Shown here piece after piece: positions 1-10,201 of a stretch of DNA of 64,000 nucleotides. The stretch's first letter is position 1. Every line of letters begins with the position of its first letter. The stretch covers positions 1-64,000 of IMG/VR virus record IMGVR_UViG_3300025648_000012; one strand, 5' to 3'. The notes below the pieces were generated by a model. That model saw nothing but the letters and a program-made list of their open reading frames with translations, searched no databases and was not told where the DNA came from. This DNA is from a virus. The position numbers were made by a program, and so were the translations under genes.

Positions 1-125
1 GCTATGTGCTAAGTACCATTGCTATGTGCTAAGTACCATTGCTATGTGCTAAGTACCATTGCTATGTGCTAAGTACCATTGCTATGTGCTAAGTACCATT
101 GCTATGTGCTAAGTACCATTGCTAT
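1..125. repeat. 20-bp tandem repeat GCTATGTGCTAAGTACCATT x6 (truncated by window start)
   Basis: Six exact copies at 1-120 plus a partial copy; one frame reads LCAKYHC and runs into KHVVKMILE of the glycosylase-like gene. Confidence 0.95.
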
Positions 126-566
126 AAGCATGTAGTTAAGATGATTCTTGAAACAGCCCAGATATTGTCTACAGCCCACCATTCCTTAGGTAACGCAAAC
201 AATTACGACTTTTTTGTATAGAGCATTTTCCAAGAATCACCCTGCTGTTAAATGGGTTTTAGAAAGCCCTAAGAACTATGAGTGGTTAAGGTCACTTGGG
301 TTAGAATTGTGTAAAGAATACTCCCATAGGTACTCCAAAGTTCACAAAACACAGAGTATACTTAAAAGTCTAAAATGGCCAAAACCCTTGTTACTTGTGA
401 ATTGTGGTTTTACTCGTCCTAGGCTAATGGATGCCAGATATTTGTAAGGTTGGAAGTGCTGTGCACTCTTATAGAGTATTATAGGTACAAGAAAAACGTA
501 TCTAAAATAGGGATGGAGTGGAAGAATAGGAGTGTTCCCAAGTTCATGAGTTTAACAGCAACATGA
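102..566 (+). pseudogene. Pyrimidine-dimer DNA glycosylase-like gene, frameshifted
   Basis: Family motifs HCxKHVVKMILETAQILSTAH, NHPAVKWV..NYEWL..LCKEY..RY..H, MPD..SYR and WKNRSVPKF lie in different frames; shifts near 210-215 (T6), about 430 and about 478. Confidence 0.7.
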
Positions 567-648
567 GTTTAACAGCAACATGAGTTTAACAGCAACATGA
601 GTTTAACAGCAACATGAGTTTAACAGCAACATGAGTTTAACAGCAACA
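545..648. repeat. 17-bp tandem repeat CATGAGTTTAACAGCAA x6
   Basis: Exact copies at 545, 562, 579, 596, 613, 630. Confidence 0.95.
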
Positions 649-650
649 AT

Positions 651-659
651 CTGTAAATA
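651..659 (+). promoter_or_regulatory. CTGTAAATA motif, putative phage middle promoter
   Basis: Same 9-mer is intergenic upstream of operons at 3070, 12944, 49402, 59833, 61200 and on the minus strand at 20951. Confidence 0.6.
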
Positions 660-853
660 ATGAATAATAAGAATAATAAAAGGCAGTAGGTAGTAATTGA
701 GTAAATAGTTTTAATTAAACTTTAAGGAGAGCAAAAATGTTAGATGGATTTAAGAAAAAGAAACCTAACGTATACCTTGTATCTGTAAGGTGTGCAGTTC
801 AATGGTTTAAGGTTGGGGATTTTCCTAATGTTGTTTCGGTAGCGGACTATTTG

Positions 854-926
854 GAAGACTTTTCAATGAAGACTTTTCAATGAAGACTTTTCAATGAAGA
901 CTTTTCAATGAAGACTTTTCAATGAA
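854..926. repeat. 14-bp tandem repeat GAAGACTTTTCAAT x5
   Basis: Exact copies at 854, 868, 882, 896, 910; the last supplies the ATG at 922. Confidence 0.95.
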
Positions 927-1611
927 ACCTGTACTATATGGAATAGTAGATGGTAATTGGTATTTGCATAGAATGTACCACGCTTCTCGGGGGAGGGCTC
1001 CTGCAATAGCAGTGGTACGTTTAATTCTAAAGGATGCTTCAAGTTTAGGTATTACACACTTAGGGGTTGCTTTTGATAGCAAAACAAACTTTAGGAAATC
1101 CATAACTACGACCTATAAAGCAAATAGGAGTTTATCTCCTGTCATTGAACTGTTAAAACTAACCAAAGAGGAACTCAAACGCCAGGGCATAAAAGTCTAC
1201 CACAAGAAAGAGTACGAGGCGGACGATGTGATTGCTTCCTTTTGCCAACTGTACACTCCTTGTGTGGTGTTTTCTGCAGATAAAGATTTGTTTCAATGTG
1301 CGGGTTTAGGAATATCCTTTTACAATTCAATAAGTGGTAAGCTAGAAACTTCTGGAGCTAACCGAGGAATTACTTTGGACTACCAAATACTGGTTGGGGA
1401 TAAAACTGATAACGTAGAGGGAGAGCTGCAGAACAAACCCGCATTAGCTAGAAAACTTTTAGGGATTTTTGGTAACTACAAGGATGCTGCACATTCTTTG
1501 AATCTGAATATGAAGAAAATAGAGAAAACTCGTAAGTTGGTAACTCTAGTTACTTCTCTAAAACTTGGGAAACCAACTTTAGTTAAAACTAAAAATAAAG
1601 GTTTGTTTTAA
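922..1611 (+). CDS. 5'-3' exonuclease / flap endonuclease (Pol I N-terminal / T4 RNase H family)
   Basis: Motifs IVDGN, VAFD, YKANR, YEADDVIA, SADKDL, GDKTDNV. Confidence 0.9.
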   Translation: MKPVLYGIVDGNWYLHRMYHASRGRAPAIAVVRLILKDASSLGITHLGVAFDSKTNFRKSITTTYKANRSLSPVIELLKLTKEELKRQGIKVYHKKEYEADDVIASFCQLYTPCVVFSADKDLFQCAGLGISFYNSISGKLETSGANRGITLDYQILVGDKTDNVEGELQNKPALARKLLGIFGNYKDAAHSLNLNMKKIEKTRKLVTLVTSLKLGKPTLVKTKNKGLF

Positions 1612-1640
1612 TTAGTTAAAAAAAAGGGGGGGGCAATAAA

Positions 1641-1987
1641 ATGGCTAAACCTCCATTCATGGTATCTCGAAAAAAGAGGCTGGAAATTCAAAAAGAAAAC
1701 GAAAAAGCACAGAAATTGCTGAAAAAACAAAGACAAGAGTTACACAAACCTCTTTTAGGGTTAACTGCTAGTAGGGGTTTTGTTAAACCTAAGGAAATAG
1801 AGTCCGCAAAATTTCTAGTTCGTAACAATTTTAGTACACCGCTGTAGTTGGTAGTTTTACAGGAAAACCCCAAACTAAAGTATACACGGGTAGTTCTATG
1901 CTAGGTGTGGCTACTATGCACAAAAGTAACTCAATCCCTGTTTTTTCTGTCGAAGAAGCAATTTCTATTTCTAAAATGCGGAGGTAA
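1641..1987 (+). pseudogene. Conserved phage hypothetical protein, frameshifted near 1835-1845
   Basis: ORF 1641-1847 continues in another frame as YTGSSMLGVATMHKSNSIPVFSVEEAISISKMRR-stop, a C-terminus I recognise from T4-like phage proteins. Confidence 0.6.
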
Positions 1988-2257
1988 CCAGTGTTAACTC
2001 AAAACATCAAAGAAAAAGGGAAAATGGCTAAAGGTAAACTGAAGCGTAGTAATCCTTTTGCTTTGGTGGATGGTCGAAATAGTGGTAGATTTTTCACTGG
2101 GCAAATTCTGAATCTTAGTAAAGGAATATGGGGAAAATGGGGAAATGCGTCTTTAGACTCAAACAGAAGCGTTTTTAGAAACTCAAGCGACCTGTTTAAC
2201 CCGTGTGGGTACAGAGTGTAGGTACAGAGTGTAGGTATAAAAAGAGGTATAGATAAA

Positions 2258-2899
2258 ATGAACGATTTAGAAAAAAGAACAATATCAGCAGTACAGTTTA
2301 CTAACTTGAAGAATGCAAACTCCACACCTACGAGTATCGAGGCAGAGTCAAATGAGAATGCGGGTATTGGGATTGGGGATATTCTATCAGACAAAAAGGG
2401 AAGTGGAGCTCGTTATAATGAAGGTAAAGCCCCTTTGGAGTTAATACCCTTGCGTTTAATTGCAAAACTTGAAACCCGGCAAGGGAGTGCGTTAACTAAA
2501 TTTCCAGAGATTAGGTGCTTACAAAATCTGTCTATTTTCCAGGAAAAGCTAAACCCCAATAATCCAAAAAAGGATAGAGAGGTGCTCGAGAATGCAATCT
2601 CTGACATTTTAATGGATAGTCCAAAGGAAGGCTGGAAAGAGTGCGCTAAAGTATTTGATTTTGGAAGAAAGAAATATGCGGATTGGAATTGGGCTAAGGG
2701 AATGCCTTGGTCTGCTGTGATAGGAAGTGCTGCTAGGCATTTAGTATTTGGACTAATGAATGAAAATCCCATAGATGAAGAATCAGGGTTAACGCATAGA
2801 GGTCATTTACTCTGCAACTTGGTAATGCTTTGGACTTATGTTTCAACCTACCCAGAGGGCGATGATAGAACGGATAGGTTGACTGAATTAGAATCTTGA
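2258..2899 (+). CDS. dATP/dGTP diphosphohydrolase (DUF5664-type)
   Basis: GARYNEGK..LELIP, FGRKKY..WNWAKG, SAARHL, DEESGLTHRGH. Confidence 0.85.
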   Translation: MNDLEKRTISAVQFTNLKNANSTPTSIEAESNENAGIGIGDILSDKKGSGARYNEGKAPLELIPLRLIAKLETRQGSALTKFPEIRCLQNLSIFQEKLNPNNPKKDREVLENAISDILMDSPKEGWKECAKVFDFGRKKYADWNWAKGMPWSAVIGSAARHLVFGLMNENPIDEESGLTHRGHLLCNLVMLWTYVSTYPEGDDRTDRLTELES

Positions 2900-3119
2900 C
2901 AAGAAGGTATTATTTTAGGAGAATAGCATGGTCTTACTTTTAACTCTTTTCATTTTTAATGAGTTTGATGCGTCTTGGTACTGGTATGCTGCATTAGTAG
3001 CATTCTTGATTGGAGAATTTTTAGTTACTGCTTTTAACAAAAACCAACTTTAATGCTAAAATCCTAAAACTGTAAATAATGGTTGGTTGTTAATTAAATA
3101 TTTTTAAGGAGATAAAAAC

Positions 3120-3524
3120 ATGGCAAGAAAAAGTAAAGATCCAGAAATTGTAGTAGAGGCTGAAAACAATGCTACTGCGGTGAATACTACTACGTTGAAT
3201 ACTACTGCCCCTAATTATAGGGTACCTACTAACCCCATACCCGAAGGTTTGTCAATTAACACAACTTCACCTCAAGAGCCAAGTACTCCAGTTTCACCAG
3301 ATTCAGTAAATACAATTCCTAAAACGCAAAGCGAACTATTGCAAGAAACCCTCGTAGTTCTTCAACAGAAAGTCGAAGCGAAAGAAATTACAAATGTTCT
3401 TATGTTCATTCAAAATTCTGGGTCTACAGACTGGGAAACCATTGTTAGCTTAAATGAAGCAAATAGGTTTAGTTTGGTTGGGTATCTCATGAGTTTTGTA
3501 TCTCAACTAACCAACGCTAAGTAG
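3120..3524 (+). CDS. Hypothetical protein; paralog of 16171-16458
   Basis: AAGGAG RBS; C-terminal NRFSLVGYL resembles NRFVLIGYL. Confidence 0.7.
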   Translation: MARKSKDPEIVVEAENNATAVNTTTLNTTAPNYRVPTNPIPEGLSINTTSPQEPSTPVSPDSVNTIPKTQSELLQETLVVLQQKVEAKEITNVLMFIQNSGSTDWETIVSLNEANRFSLVGYLMSFVSQLTNAK

Positions 3525-3534
3525 GAGTTTCAGT

Positions 3535-3610
3535 GGGTCGTTAGCTTAGAGAATTAGAGCAAGCACTTGTAGTGCTTGGGTCGTTGGTTTGAATCCAAAC
3601 CAACGACCCA
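3535..3610 (+). tRNA. Degenerate tRNA-like element (anticodon ambiguous, TGT or GTA)
   Basis: Acceptor GGGTCGT/ACGACCC, TAGCTTAG..AGAGC D-arm, AAGCA/TGCTT stem, TTTGAAT T-loop; D-loop lacks GG and there is no CCA. Confidence 0.5.
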
Positions 3611-3633
3611 CTCATTTACCTTAGGAGTTTTCG

Positions 3634-5271
3634 ATGTTAGAACAGTTGTGGACTTTAGTACTGGCAAACCCTGTACTGTCTGGAGCAGGAGCTCTAACAA
3701 TTGCTGGGGGACTAGTATATAAACTAAAAGAAATACCAGACAAAGTACTGCACTACTTATCATCCACTTTTGTATGTGAAGTTACAATTAACAATTTGGA
3801 TGCTTCCTATATATGGATTGAACGTTGGCTTACTTCGCATAATTATGCTAAATCCATGACAAGAACTCTACTTAAGTCTTGGGAAATTGCTGATGAGAGC
3901 ATAGATGACCACTATGCGGCGCCGTCTTCACCTTCCTCTAAGGTCAAGAGAAAGTGGGCGTTGTTTCCTGGATTTGGAACTCATTTAGTGTGGTGGAGAC
4001 GTTACCCTTTACTAATCTCAAGAGAGTCGTCAACCCCTGTTTCTTCTAGTAGAACAGGGTTTTCTTTAGAAACAATACGAATTCGAACATTTGGAACAAA
4101 CCCAAGTAAGCTAAAATTCATAGTAGAAGAAGCTCACAAGTTAGTTTCCGAAGAAGAATATAAACTCGCAGTCTACCTTTGGAAATCCTATTGGTCTAAA
4201 ATAGAAGGGAAAAGCCCTAGGGGTCTAAATACAGTCATACTTAAGAAAGGCGAAAAAGAAAAGTTAATTGAAGATCTGAATACTTTTACTTCCAATGAAG
4301 CCTGGTACAAGGAAAGGGGATTACCTTACCGCCGTGGGTACTTATTTTCAGGTACTCCAGGAACAGGTAAAACTTCGCTAGTTTTAGCTATGGCCGTTCA
4401 CTTAAAAAGACCATTGTGCGTTCTAAACTTGGGGTCTTTGTCTTCTGATACCGAGCTGTTTGATGCAGTAATTCATGCACCTCAAAACGGAGTTGTACTA
4501 ATCGAAGATATAGATTGTGCTTCATCTTCAAGAGAAAGATTGAATGAACCTTCTACTTCATCGGAAGATGATGCAGCAATTAAGGGAATTACAAAGGCAG
4601 GATTGTTGAATGCTTTAGATGGAATTTTAACGCCTGAAAACCGTATCTTTGTAATGACAACTAACTATCCAGAACGTCTTGATTCCGCACTAATTCGCCC
4701 TGGAAGAGCTGATTACCACCTCAAGTTCGAGGCATTGGGTGAAGAACAAGCCGAAATGGCTAGTCTGTTTTATGGGCCTAACTCCTCTTGGAGGCCGTTA
4801 TCTGTACCTGTAACGCCAGTAATGTTGCAATCAGCTTTCTTAAAATTTTCAGATGATCCACAAAAAGCTAGAGAGTTCTTAAAAGATACTTTAACAAAAG
4901 CGGATACCGTTGCTAAACAGATTTTCCTAAAAATATTCGATATTGTTGGTGGCTCGATATGGGTAGCGTCAGAAGATGGCCAAAAAGTTTATGATAAACT
5001 TGTGGAAGCACTACAGGCTGGATATTCTGTAAATCTTTCCTTTGCAGAACGAAAAGCTCTAATTATGGCGTTTTTGAATTCTGCCATTGGGCAGCTCTAC
5101 AATGGACAGTACACTGATGTTTTCTTAAGGGAACGACTTACTTTTTCTGATATTTCAGACAATGATCGTGCCCTATTAGAAGGTGCTATTGAGAATGCCA
5201 AGCGGTATTTTTCCAATCCACAGTCATACGACAGGGCATGGCAAGAAGTAGAGGAGTACGAGCTGAAATAA
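3634..5271 (+). CDS. BCS1-like AAA+ ATPase fused to a C-terminal STAS-like (DUF4325-type) domain
   Basis: N-terminal TM segment; WYKERGLPYRRGYLFSGTPGTGKTS, IEDID, GLLNALDG, TTNYPERLDSALIRPGRAD; tail has SEDGQKVY..FLNSAIGQLY. Confidence 0.85.
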   Translation: MLEQLWTLVLANPVLSGAGALTIAGGLVYKLKEIPDKVLHYLSSTFVCEVTINNLDASYIWIERWLTSHNYAKSMTRTLLKSWEIADESIDDHYAAPSSPSSKVKRKWALFPGFGTHLVWWRRYPLLISRESSTPVSSSRTGFSLETIRIRTFGTNPSKLKFIVEEAHKLVSEEEYKLAVYLWKSYWSKIEGKSPRGLNTVILKKGEKEKLIEDLNTFTSNEAWYKERGLPYRRGYLFSGTPGTGKTSLVLAMAVHLKRPLCVLNLGSLSSDTELFDAVIHAPQNGVVLIEDIDCASSSRERLNEPSTSSEDDAAIKGITKAGLLNALDGILTPENRIFVMTTNYPERLDSALIRPGRADYHLKFEALGEEQAEMASLFYGPNSSWRPLSVPVTPVMLQSAFLKFSDDPQKAREFLKDTLTKADTVAKQIFLKIFDIVGGSIWVASEDGQKVYDKLVEALQAGYSVNLSFAERKALIMAFLNSAIGQLYNGQYTDVFLRERLTFSDISDNDRALLEGAIENAKRYFSNPQSYDRAWQEVEEYELK

Positions 5272-5317
5272 CCTACTTAGAAATTTTAGAGTTTTCCATT
5301 AAAAAGGAGAAATAAAC

Positions 5318-5644
5318 ATGGCAAAGATGACAGTTGCACAGTTGCAGGAAGGGTTAACTTTCGTACAAACCAAAGTAGAAGATTTAGAAACTGAACTAAA
5401 GGAGCTTACTGTTGAAGTTAACAGCTTAATCTCGAGTGTTGAGATGAGAATGGGGGGATTAACTAGCCAGACAATATCTACTACTGGAAAGTTAAACACC
5501 GCTATAGAAGGTCTAAAAGAAGAGTTAAAGTACTACAAGTCTAAAGTAGAGTATTCTTTGGGTTACTTTTCTAAGGTTACTGATATTCTATTGTTTTTCG
5601 TAGTAATAGATACTGTGGTGCTTGTGTACCAATATTTTCGTTAA
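5318..5644 (+). CDS. Coiled-coil protein with C-terminal TM anchor
   Basis: AAGGAG RBS; heptad pattern; hydrophobic C-terminus. Confidence 0.65.
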   Translation: MAKMTVAQLQEGLTFVQTKVEDLETELKELTVEVNSLISSVEMRMGGLTSQTISTTGKLNTAIEGLKEELKYYKSKVEYSLGYFSKVTDILLFFVVIDTVVLVYQYFR

Positions 5645-6687
5645 GCCAAAAGATTTCTAATAGTGAATTTCCAATCGGTAATAGAATCTCTATTATAGTA
5701 CTTTAGTCCCTTATAGCTTAACCATCTATTTAGTTTTGGCATTCTATATGCTCTGCCTAAAGCAGTTACCATAGATTTTTGGCAAACTGGAGATGCAGTG
5801 AAGAAGGGTGCAGCAAATGGAACTTCGCTGGATACTACAATGGGAACTCCAACTGCTAACATATCGGCTGAGACTATATTAAAAGTCTCAGAAAAGGATA
5901 CTTGCATTCCTATATCCATTGAGTTGCACACTTCTAAAAAATTCTCATGAGTTAGCCACTCGTGCCTAATTAACGTATGGCCACGGGAATTTTCAAAAAT
6001 ACTAAACAAATTCTTAAGTACTTCCTCTCCCCTTGTTTCTACTCTATCCCCATTTACATGGAACGCAAGCCTTTTACCATTGTTTTCTGCAAACTCAATG
6101 GCTGCTAACGCTTGGTGAACCTGGTTTTTTAATGGGCGAATAGCACCAAAGCAACCAACATTCAAAACTCGTGCTTTTCTATTTGGTACTTTCGTATCTA
6201 CGTCTGTTATTGGATAATAGTTTGGTAGGTATTTAACTTTATGGTATAGACCTCCAACTAGCCGTTTAACCGAACTAAGCATTCTAGGGGCATTGGCAGC
6301 AACATATACATTGCTATACTTTACATACTCCTTAATCCACTTATATGCAATTCCTTCTTGGGCCATGAATGGAACTTCGCTATGGAGTCTAACAACCCAC
6401 GTTACTGAGGGGTGAAGCGCCTGTAAAACTTCAAATTTTTCTGGCACTACCCACAAGGCTTCAATAATTGCAATTTTAGGATTGTAGATAGTAACCAGTC
6501 TATCAATGCAGTTGTTATCAATAGCAACTTCCAAGTTAGAAGTAAATCCTTGCTCATTGAGCATATCATTTACAAATACCGCACTGTTATATAATCCAGT
6601 TGAAAGGCACTTACTTTTACCCGAGTAGAAGCTGTAATCTTCGTATCCTTTTCTTAGTTTAAGAATAAACAGTATATCAGTTTTCAT
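5641..6687 (-). CDS. Glycosyltransferase (GT-B fold, GT4-like)
   Basis: GAIRPLKN; SETFNIVSADMLAVGVPIVVS. Confidence 0.8.
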   Translation of the reverse strand: MKTDILFILKLRKGYEDYSFYSGKSKCLSTGLYNSAVFVNDMLNEQGFTSNLEVAIDNNCIDRLVTIYNPKIAIIEALWVVPEKFEVLQALHPSVTWVVRLHSEVPFMAQEGIAYKWIKEYVKYSNVYVAANAPRMLSSVKRLVGGLYHKVKYLPNYYPITDVDTKVPNRKARVLNVGCFGAIRPLKNQVHQALAAIEFAENNGKRLAFHVNGDRVETRGEEVLKNLFSIFENSRGHTLIRHEWLTHENFLEVCNSMDIGMQVSFSETFNIVSADMLAVGVPIVVSSEVPFAAPFFTASPVCQKSMVTALGRAYRMPKLNRWLSYKGLKYYNRDSITDWKFTIRNLLA

Positions 6688-6751
6688 TTTGCCCCCTTTA
6701 TATATCCTTTAAGACTTTAAGTTTTACTTTGTAGGGTTAAACACCGCTTAA

Positions 6752-7237
6752 TCATTGTGTTTCTCCTACAGTAGAAAATGCCTCAACAAGTTTTTCTTTT
6801 AACTTCTTCTTTTTAACAGGTAAAGTGTATACATCAATAGGGGCGGCAGTATCGGGATCGTACTTAGCGGCAATTCTTATTGCCTCCTCAGGGGACGCCC
6901 CCATTTCCATTGCTCCCAAAGCTGCTAATGCCCCACTTCCTATTGCCATAAATTGATCTTTAACAATAAATCTAGTTAAAGTAGCAGCATCCCAGGCGTA
7001 TATACCGTTTTCCGTTAATTGAAGAGCATCAAAATCTGCATCTACTTCTAAATCTAGGGCTTCTTTTGCTTTTAAGTAATTTATGAATCTAAGGCAATGC
7101 CCCCAATCCCCAGCTACACCCACTAAAGTACTATTGTGAACATGAATTTTAGTAACTTGAAAGTGCAAGTTACCATCCGAACACCGTGAATCTGCTGCCA
7201 TTTGTCTATGAGTTAAACTTGCGGCAATAGTAGTCAT
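6752..7237 (-). CDS. Ntn-hydrolase / HslV-like peptidase
   Basis: N-terminal MTTIAA, ADSR, AIGSGA.AALGAM. Confidence 0.8.
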   Translation of the reverse strand: MTTIAASLTHRQMAADSRCSDGNLHFQVTKIHVHNSTLVGVAGDWGHCLRFINYLKAKEALDLEVDADFDALQLTENGIYAWDAATLTRFIVKDQFMAIGSGALAALGAMEMGASPEEAIRIAAKYDPDTAAPIDVYTLPVKKKKLKEKLVEAFSTVGETQ

Positions 7238-7268
7238 TCGTTGTTACTCACTGTTGTTACTCACTAAA

Positions 7269-8312
7269 TTAGTTAAGCCACCAACGAGTCCACGCAAAGT
7301 CTCCGTTATCCGGATGAATATACCATGAAGTTTGGTGTGGAAAGGCGTGACGCCCACAAGAATGGTCGAAAGCATTAGTTCCAGAAAGAGAGCCGCCTAT
7401 CATCCAATCTAAGTCATTTGCAGATGTATGAAAATGACCCATTAAAAGCTTGGTAAAGGACTGCTCTGGTATTCCCATTCTTTTAACTGCTTCCATTGCT
7501 ACTCTTCGGTCAAAGCCGTAGTAAGGTTTGCCAGCCCACCCACGAATTTGATGACCGTGCATCATGAGGTACTTTTCAGGCCCAACAGTTACCAACGCAG
7601 AAGGTTTGGAGTGAATATGAACATTCGTATTCTTTATTTTTGAAACATACTGCTTAATTATATGGGCTACTACATATCCCCAGTTGTTTACTCCGCCTTC
7701 TGCAGCCTGGGGTTTCCTTGTCATTCTTCCGTGGTTATCCAAAGTAAGCAAGTCAACTGTTACTTTTTCAAAATGTGGTGCCATCATTTCAATCATTGCA
7801 CCTAGCATGTAACCACACCCCACTGCTTGTACTGGAGTTGGAAACGCATTGGTAACTTGCAATTCCTGGTGAATATCCCCAGAAATATAGTCCCCTGTTC
7901 CTAAAATGTGAAGATAAGGAACATTGTAACCCTGTCTCATCGTTTCTGTTTGTTTGATAATGGATGTAGCTAGCTTTTTAATTCTAGCTTCTGCAATTTC
8001 AGGAGAAAATATACCAAATCCATCCACTTCTTCTGAATCAATTACTTCGCCGTAATGTAAGTCTGTTAGTTGAACTACGTGAGTGCAGGGTGCAGTGGGA
8101 TTTTTAGAAGGAATATACTCCATCTTTACAGGATTAGCAACCTGAATAGCATCCATTAGTGCACTCTTAACTTCTAAGGCTTCCCCTTTTTCAGAAAAAA
8201 CCTGTTCATTTTTTGCACGTAATTCTGCAACTTGACGCCTTAAGTAAGCAACCTCAGGATCTGGAGCGTGAGCTGACTTAAAATCTGCCAACGTTTTCTT
8301 TTCTTTAGCCAT
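7269..8312 (-). CDS. Calcineurin-like metallophosphoesterase
   Basis: DLHYG, GD, NHGR, HGH, GHFH. Confidence 0.85.
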   Translation of the reverse strand: MAKEKKTLADFKSAHAPDPEVAYLRRQVAELRAKNEQVFSEKGEALEVKSALMDAIQVANPVKMEYIPSKNPTAPCTHVVQLTDLHYGEVIDSEEVDGFGIFSPEIAEARIKKLATSIIKQTETMRQGYNVPYLHILGTGDYISGDIHQELQVTNAFPTPVQAVGCGYMLGAMIEMMAPHFEKVTVDLLTLDNHGRMTRKPQAAEGGVNNWGYVVAHIIKQYVSKIKNTNVHIHSKPSALVTVGPEKYLMMHGHQIRGWAGKPYYGFDRRVAMEAVKRMGIPEQSFTKLLMGHFHTSANDLDWMIGGSLSGTNAFDHSCGRHAFPHQTSWYIHPDNGDFAWTRWWLN

Positions 8313-8361
8313 TTTAATTTCCTTTAATTGAACAGTTAGCTAACCAGTTTAACTAACCAAT

Positions 8362-8835
8362 TTAACTAACCATTGCAGTTATGGTGGATGCAAGTTTAGG
8401 AGTGGCAGCCCATACTCGTTTATTCTCCCGTTTAATAAATACTACATATTCGGAAAACATCTCACGGTAATTTCCTATATCTGAAATAGATACTCCCGCA
8501 TCTTTTGCAAACTGAACTTCATATTCCCAGCCATCCTCTTCGTCTTTTGATGTGGCTTTAAGTTTATTGAGAGCCTCTTTAATCTTAGATGGAACTATTG
8601 TATCCTTATCATATAGGTTTCTAAAGTCGTTAAGTGTTTTCTTACCTTTTAAGGCCACAGGTGTGGTTCCTTTGGTTACTTGTTTATTTGCACTATAATT
8701 TTTTCCACTGGTGCTACCTGTATGGAGTAAACGTCCAAAAGCTGACTTAGACATATTTAGGAAAGCAGCAGCCGCTGCTTGAGTTCCGTACGTTTTTACC
8801 AATTCCATTGCTTCTTGTTGAGTCACTGTATCCAT
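8362..8835 (-). CDS. HTH-containing protein
   Basis: TQAAAAAFLNMSKSAFGRLL helix-turn-helix pattern. Confidence 0.55.
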   Translation of the reverse strand: MDTVTQQEAMELVKTYGTQAAAAAFLNMSKSAFGRLLHTGSTSGKNYSANKQVTKGTTPVALKGKKTLNDFRNLYDKDTIVPSKIKEALNKLKATSKDEEDGWEYEVQFAKDAGVSISDIGNYREMFSEYVVFIKRENKRVWAATPKLASTITAMVS

Positions 8836-8856
8836 TTTTAATCTCCTAAAAGTTTG

Positions 8857-9666
8857 CTACTTGGTGGCAAGAAAATCTGTTACTGCTTTGTAGCCACGGT
8901 TAAAAAGATCGGCTTTTGCACTTTCTGACAGCTCAGAGTCTAACGCTCCGTAAGGTAGTGCATTTACCGACAAAATAGAGGCGCCGGAAGCAACCGCCCA
9001 GGCTTCCAAGTTCCCCTCATTACTTGATAAAGCAGTTTTAATTATCTGCTTTACATACTCAATATAAGTAGAGGTTGGCCCAGCAGGGAGACCATCTACA
9101 ACTTCAATTCCTACTCTTGGAATACTATCATTGGTTAATTGATTAACTGGAATGTTGTTGCAAAGACCACCATCAACACCCAAGTTCCCATTCGGAAGTT
9201 TTACTGGAGACCATACAAATGGAACAGAAGCCGAAGCTCTACAAGCATCCGCTAATTTTACTGTAGGGGTTTCTTCTTTAGAAAATACAAAAGATTTTCC
9301 CAAAGTTAAATCTGTAGCCATTATTGTAACTGGTATTTTTGTATCCTGAAATGTGAAATCTCCAATTGAGTCGTTTAGCCACTTTTGTAAAAGAGACCCA
9401 TCGTTTTGTGCTTTTCTACAAGTGGCTCCAATACGGTAATCCATTATGCCTTTTGGTACTGGCAAAAAGCATATTTCTTTTATTTCTTTAGAAGACTTTC
9501 CCAAAGCCAGCAAAGCTGCTGCAATAGAACCACCAGACGTACCTGCAGTTTCTTTTATTTGTATGCCAGAATCTAAAAAGGCACAGAGTCCACCACCGTG
9601 AATTGGGGCTAAAAATCCGGAACCGCTACACGCTAACCTAATTTGTTTTAATTTAGTCTGTTTCAT
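8857..9666 (-). CDS. Patatin-like phospholipase
   Basis: SGSG oxyanion loop, GTSGG nucleophile, ASASVP, DGG; likely start MKQTK at 9666. Confidence 0.88.
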   Translation of the reverse strand: MKQTKLKQIRLACSGSGFLAPIHGGGLCAFLDSGIQIKETAGTSGGSIAAALLALGKSSKEIKEICFLPVPKGIMDYRIGATCRKAQNDGSLLQKWLNDSIGDFTFQDTKIPVTIMATDLTLGKSFVFSKEETPTVKLADACRASASVPFVWSPVKLPNGNLGVDGGLCNNIPVNQLTNDSIPRVGIEVVDGLPAGPTSTYIEYVKQIIKTALSSNEGNLEAWAVASGASILSVNALPYGALDSELSESAKADLFNRGYKAVTDFLATK

Positions 9667-9839
9667 GGATTTTCCTAAAAAGTTTTGCAAGTTATACCTG
9701 CGGAAACAGGCAGTTGTTTATTGTTTTCTATTGCTGTTCTAATTTCAACTGGGTCTCCTGATATTGTAGGATGGCAATTTTTAAGAATAGGGTCTTTTAA
9801 GGTTAAAAATAGAACTAAAACTGCTGCCAGTATAACCAT

Positions 9840-10073
9840 TTAGTTTACTACTTGCGAAGTTGTTGAAGTTTCCATATCTTCAACAGGAAACCAGCCTTTT
9901 ATTTTGGCCAAGTTATACACTGCATGACTTATAGTAATCAATGCAGCAGCAAGTAACAAAGGAACTGTTTCAGGAATGGGAGATGGAAATCCATTCAATG
10001 CCCAAGAAATTGCTGGAGTTATACTTGCAGCACTAAAAGTGATACCACCGGTAATTGCAGATGAGTTGTTCAT
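9840..10073 (-). CDS. Putative holin
   Basis: 77 aa with two hydrophobic segments, near the endolysin. Confidence 0.5.
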   Translation of the reverse strand: MNNSSAITGGITFSAASITPAISWALNGFPSPIPETVPLLLAAALITISHAVYNLAKIKGWFPVEDMETSTTSQVVN

Positions 10074-10201
10074 AGTTTAATTCCTGTTTCTATAGTAGGA
10101 TGCAAAGGAGTAGGGAGTGGAGTGAGTGATACTCCTATTGAAAGAAACACTAAGAATGCAAGTATGAGTATTATATCCATCCATTTCACGGGTTTTCCTC
10201 C

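Noticed and set aside
1-926. Tandem arrays as CRISPR or origin iterons
   Set aside because: No spacers, units are unrelated to each other, and each copies local coding or junction sequence.
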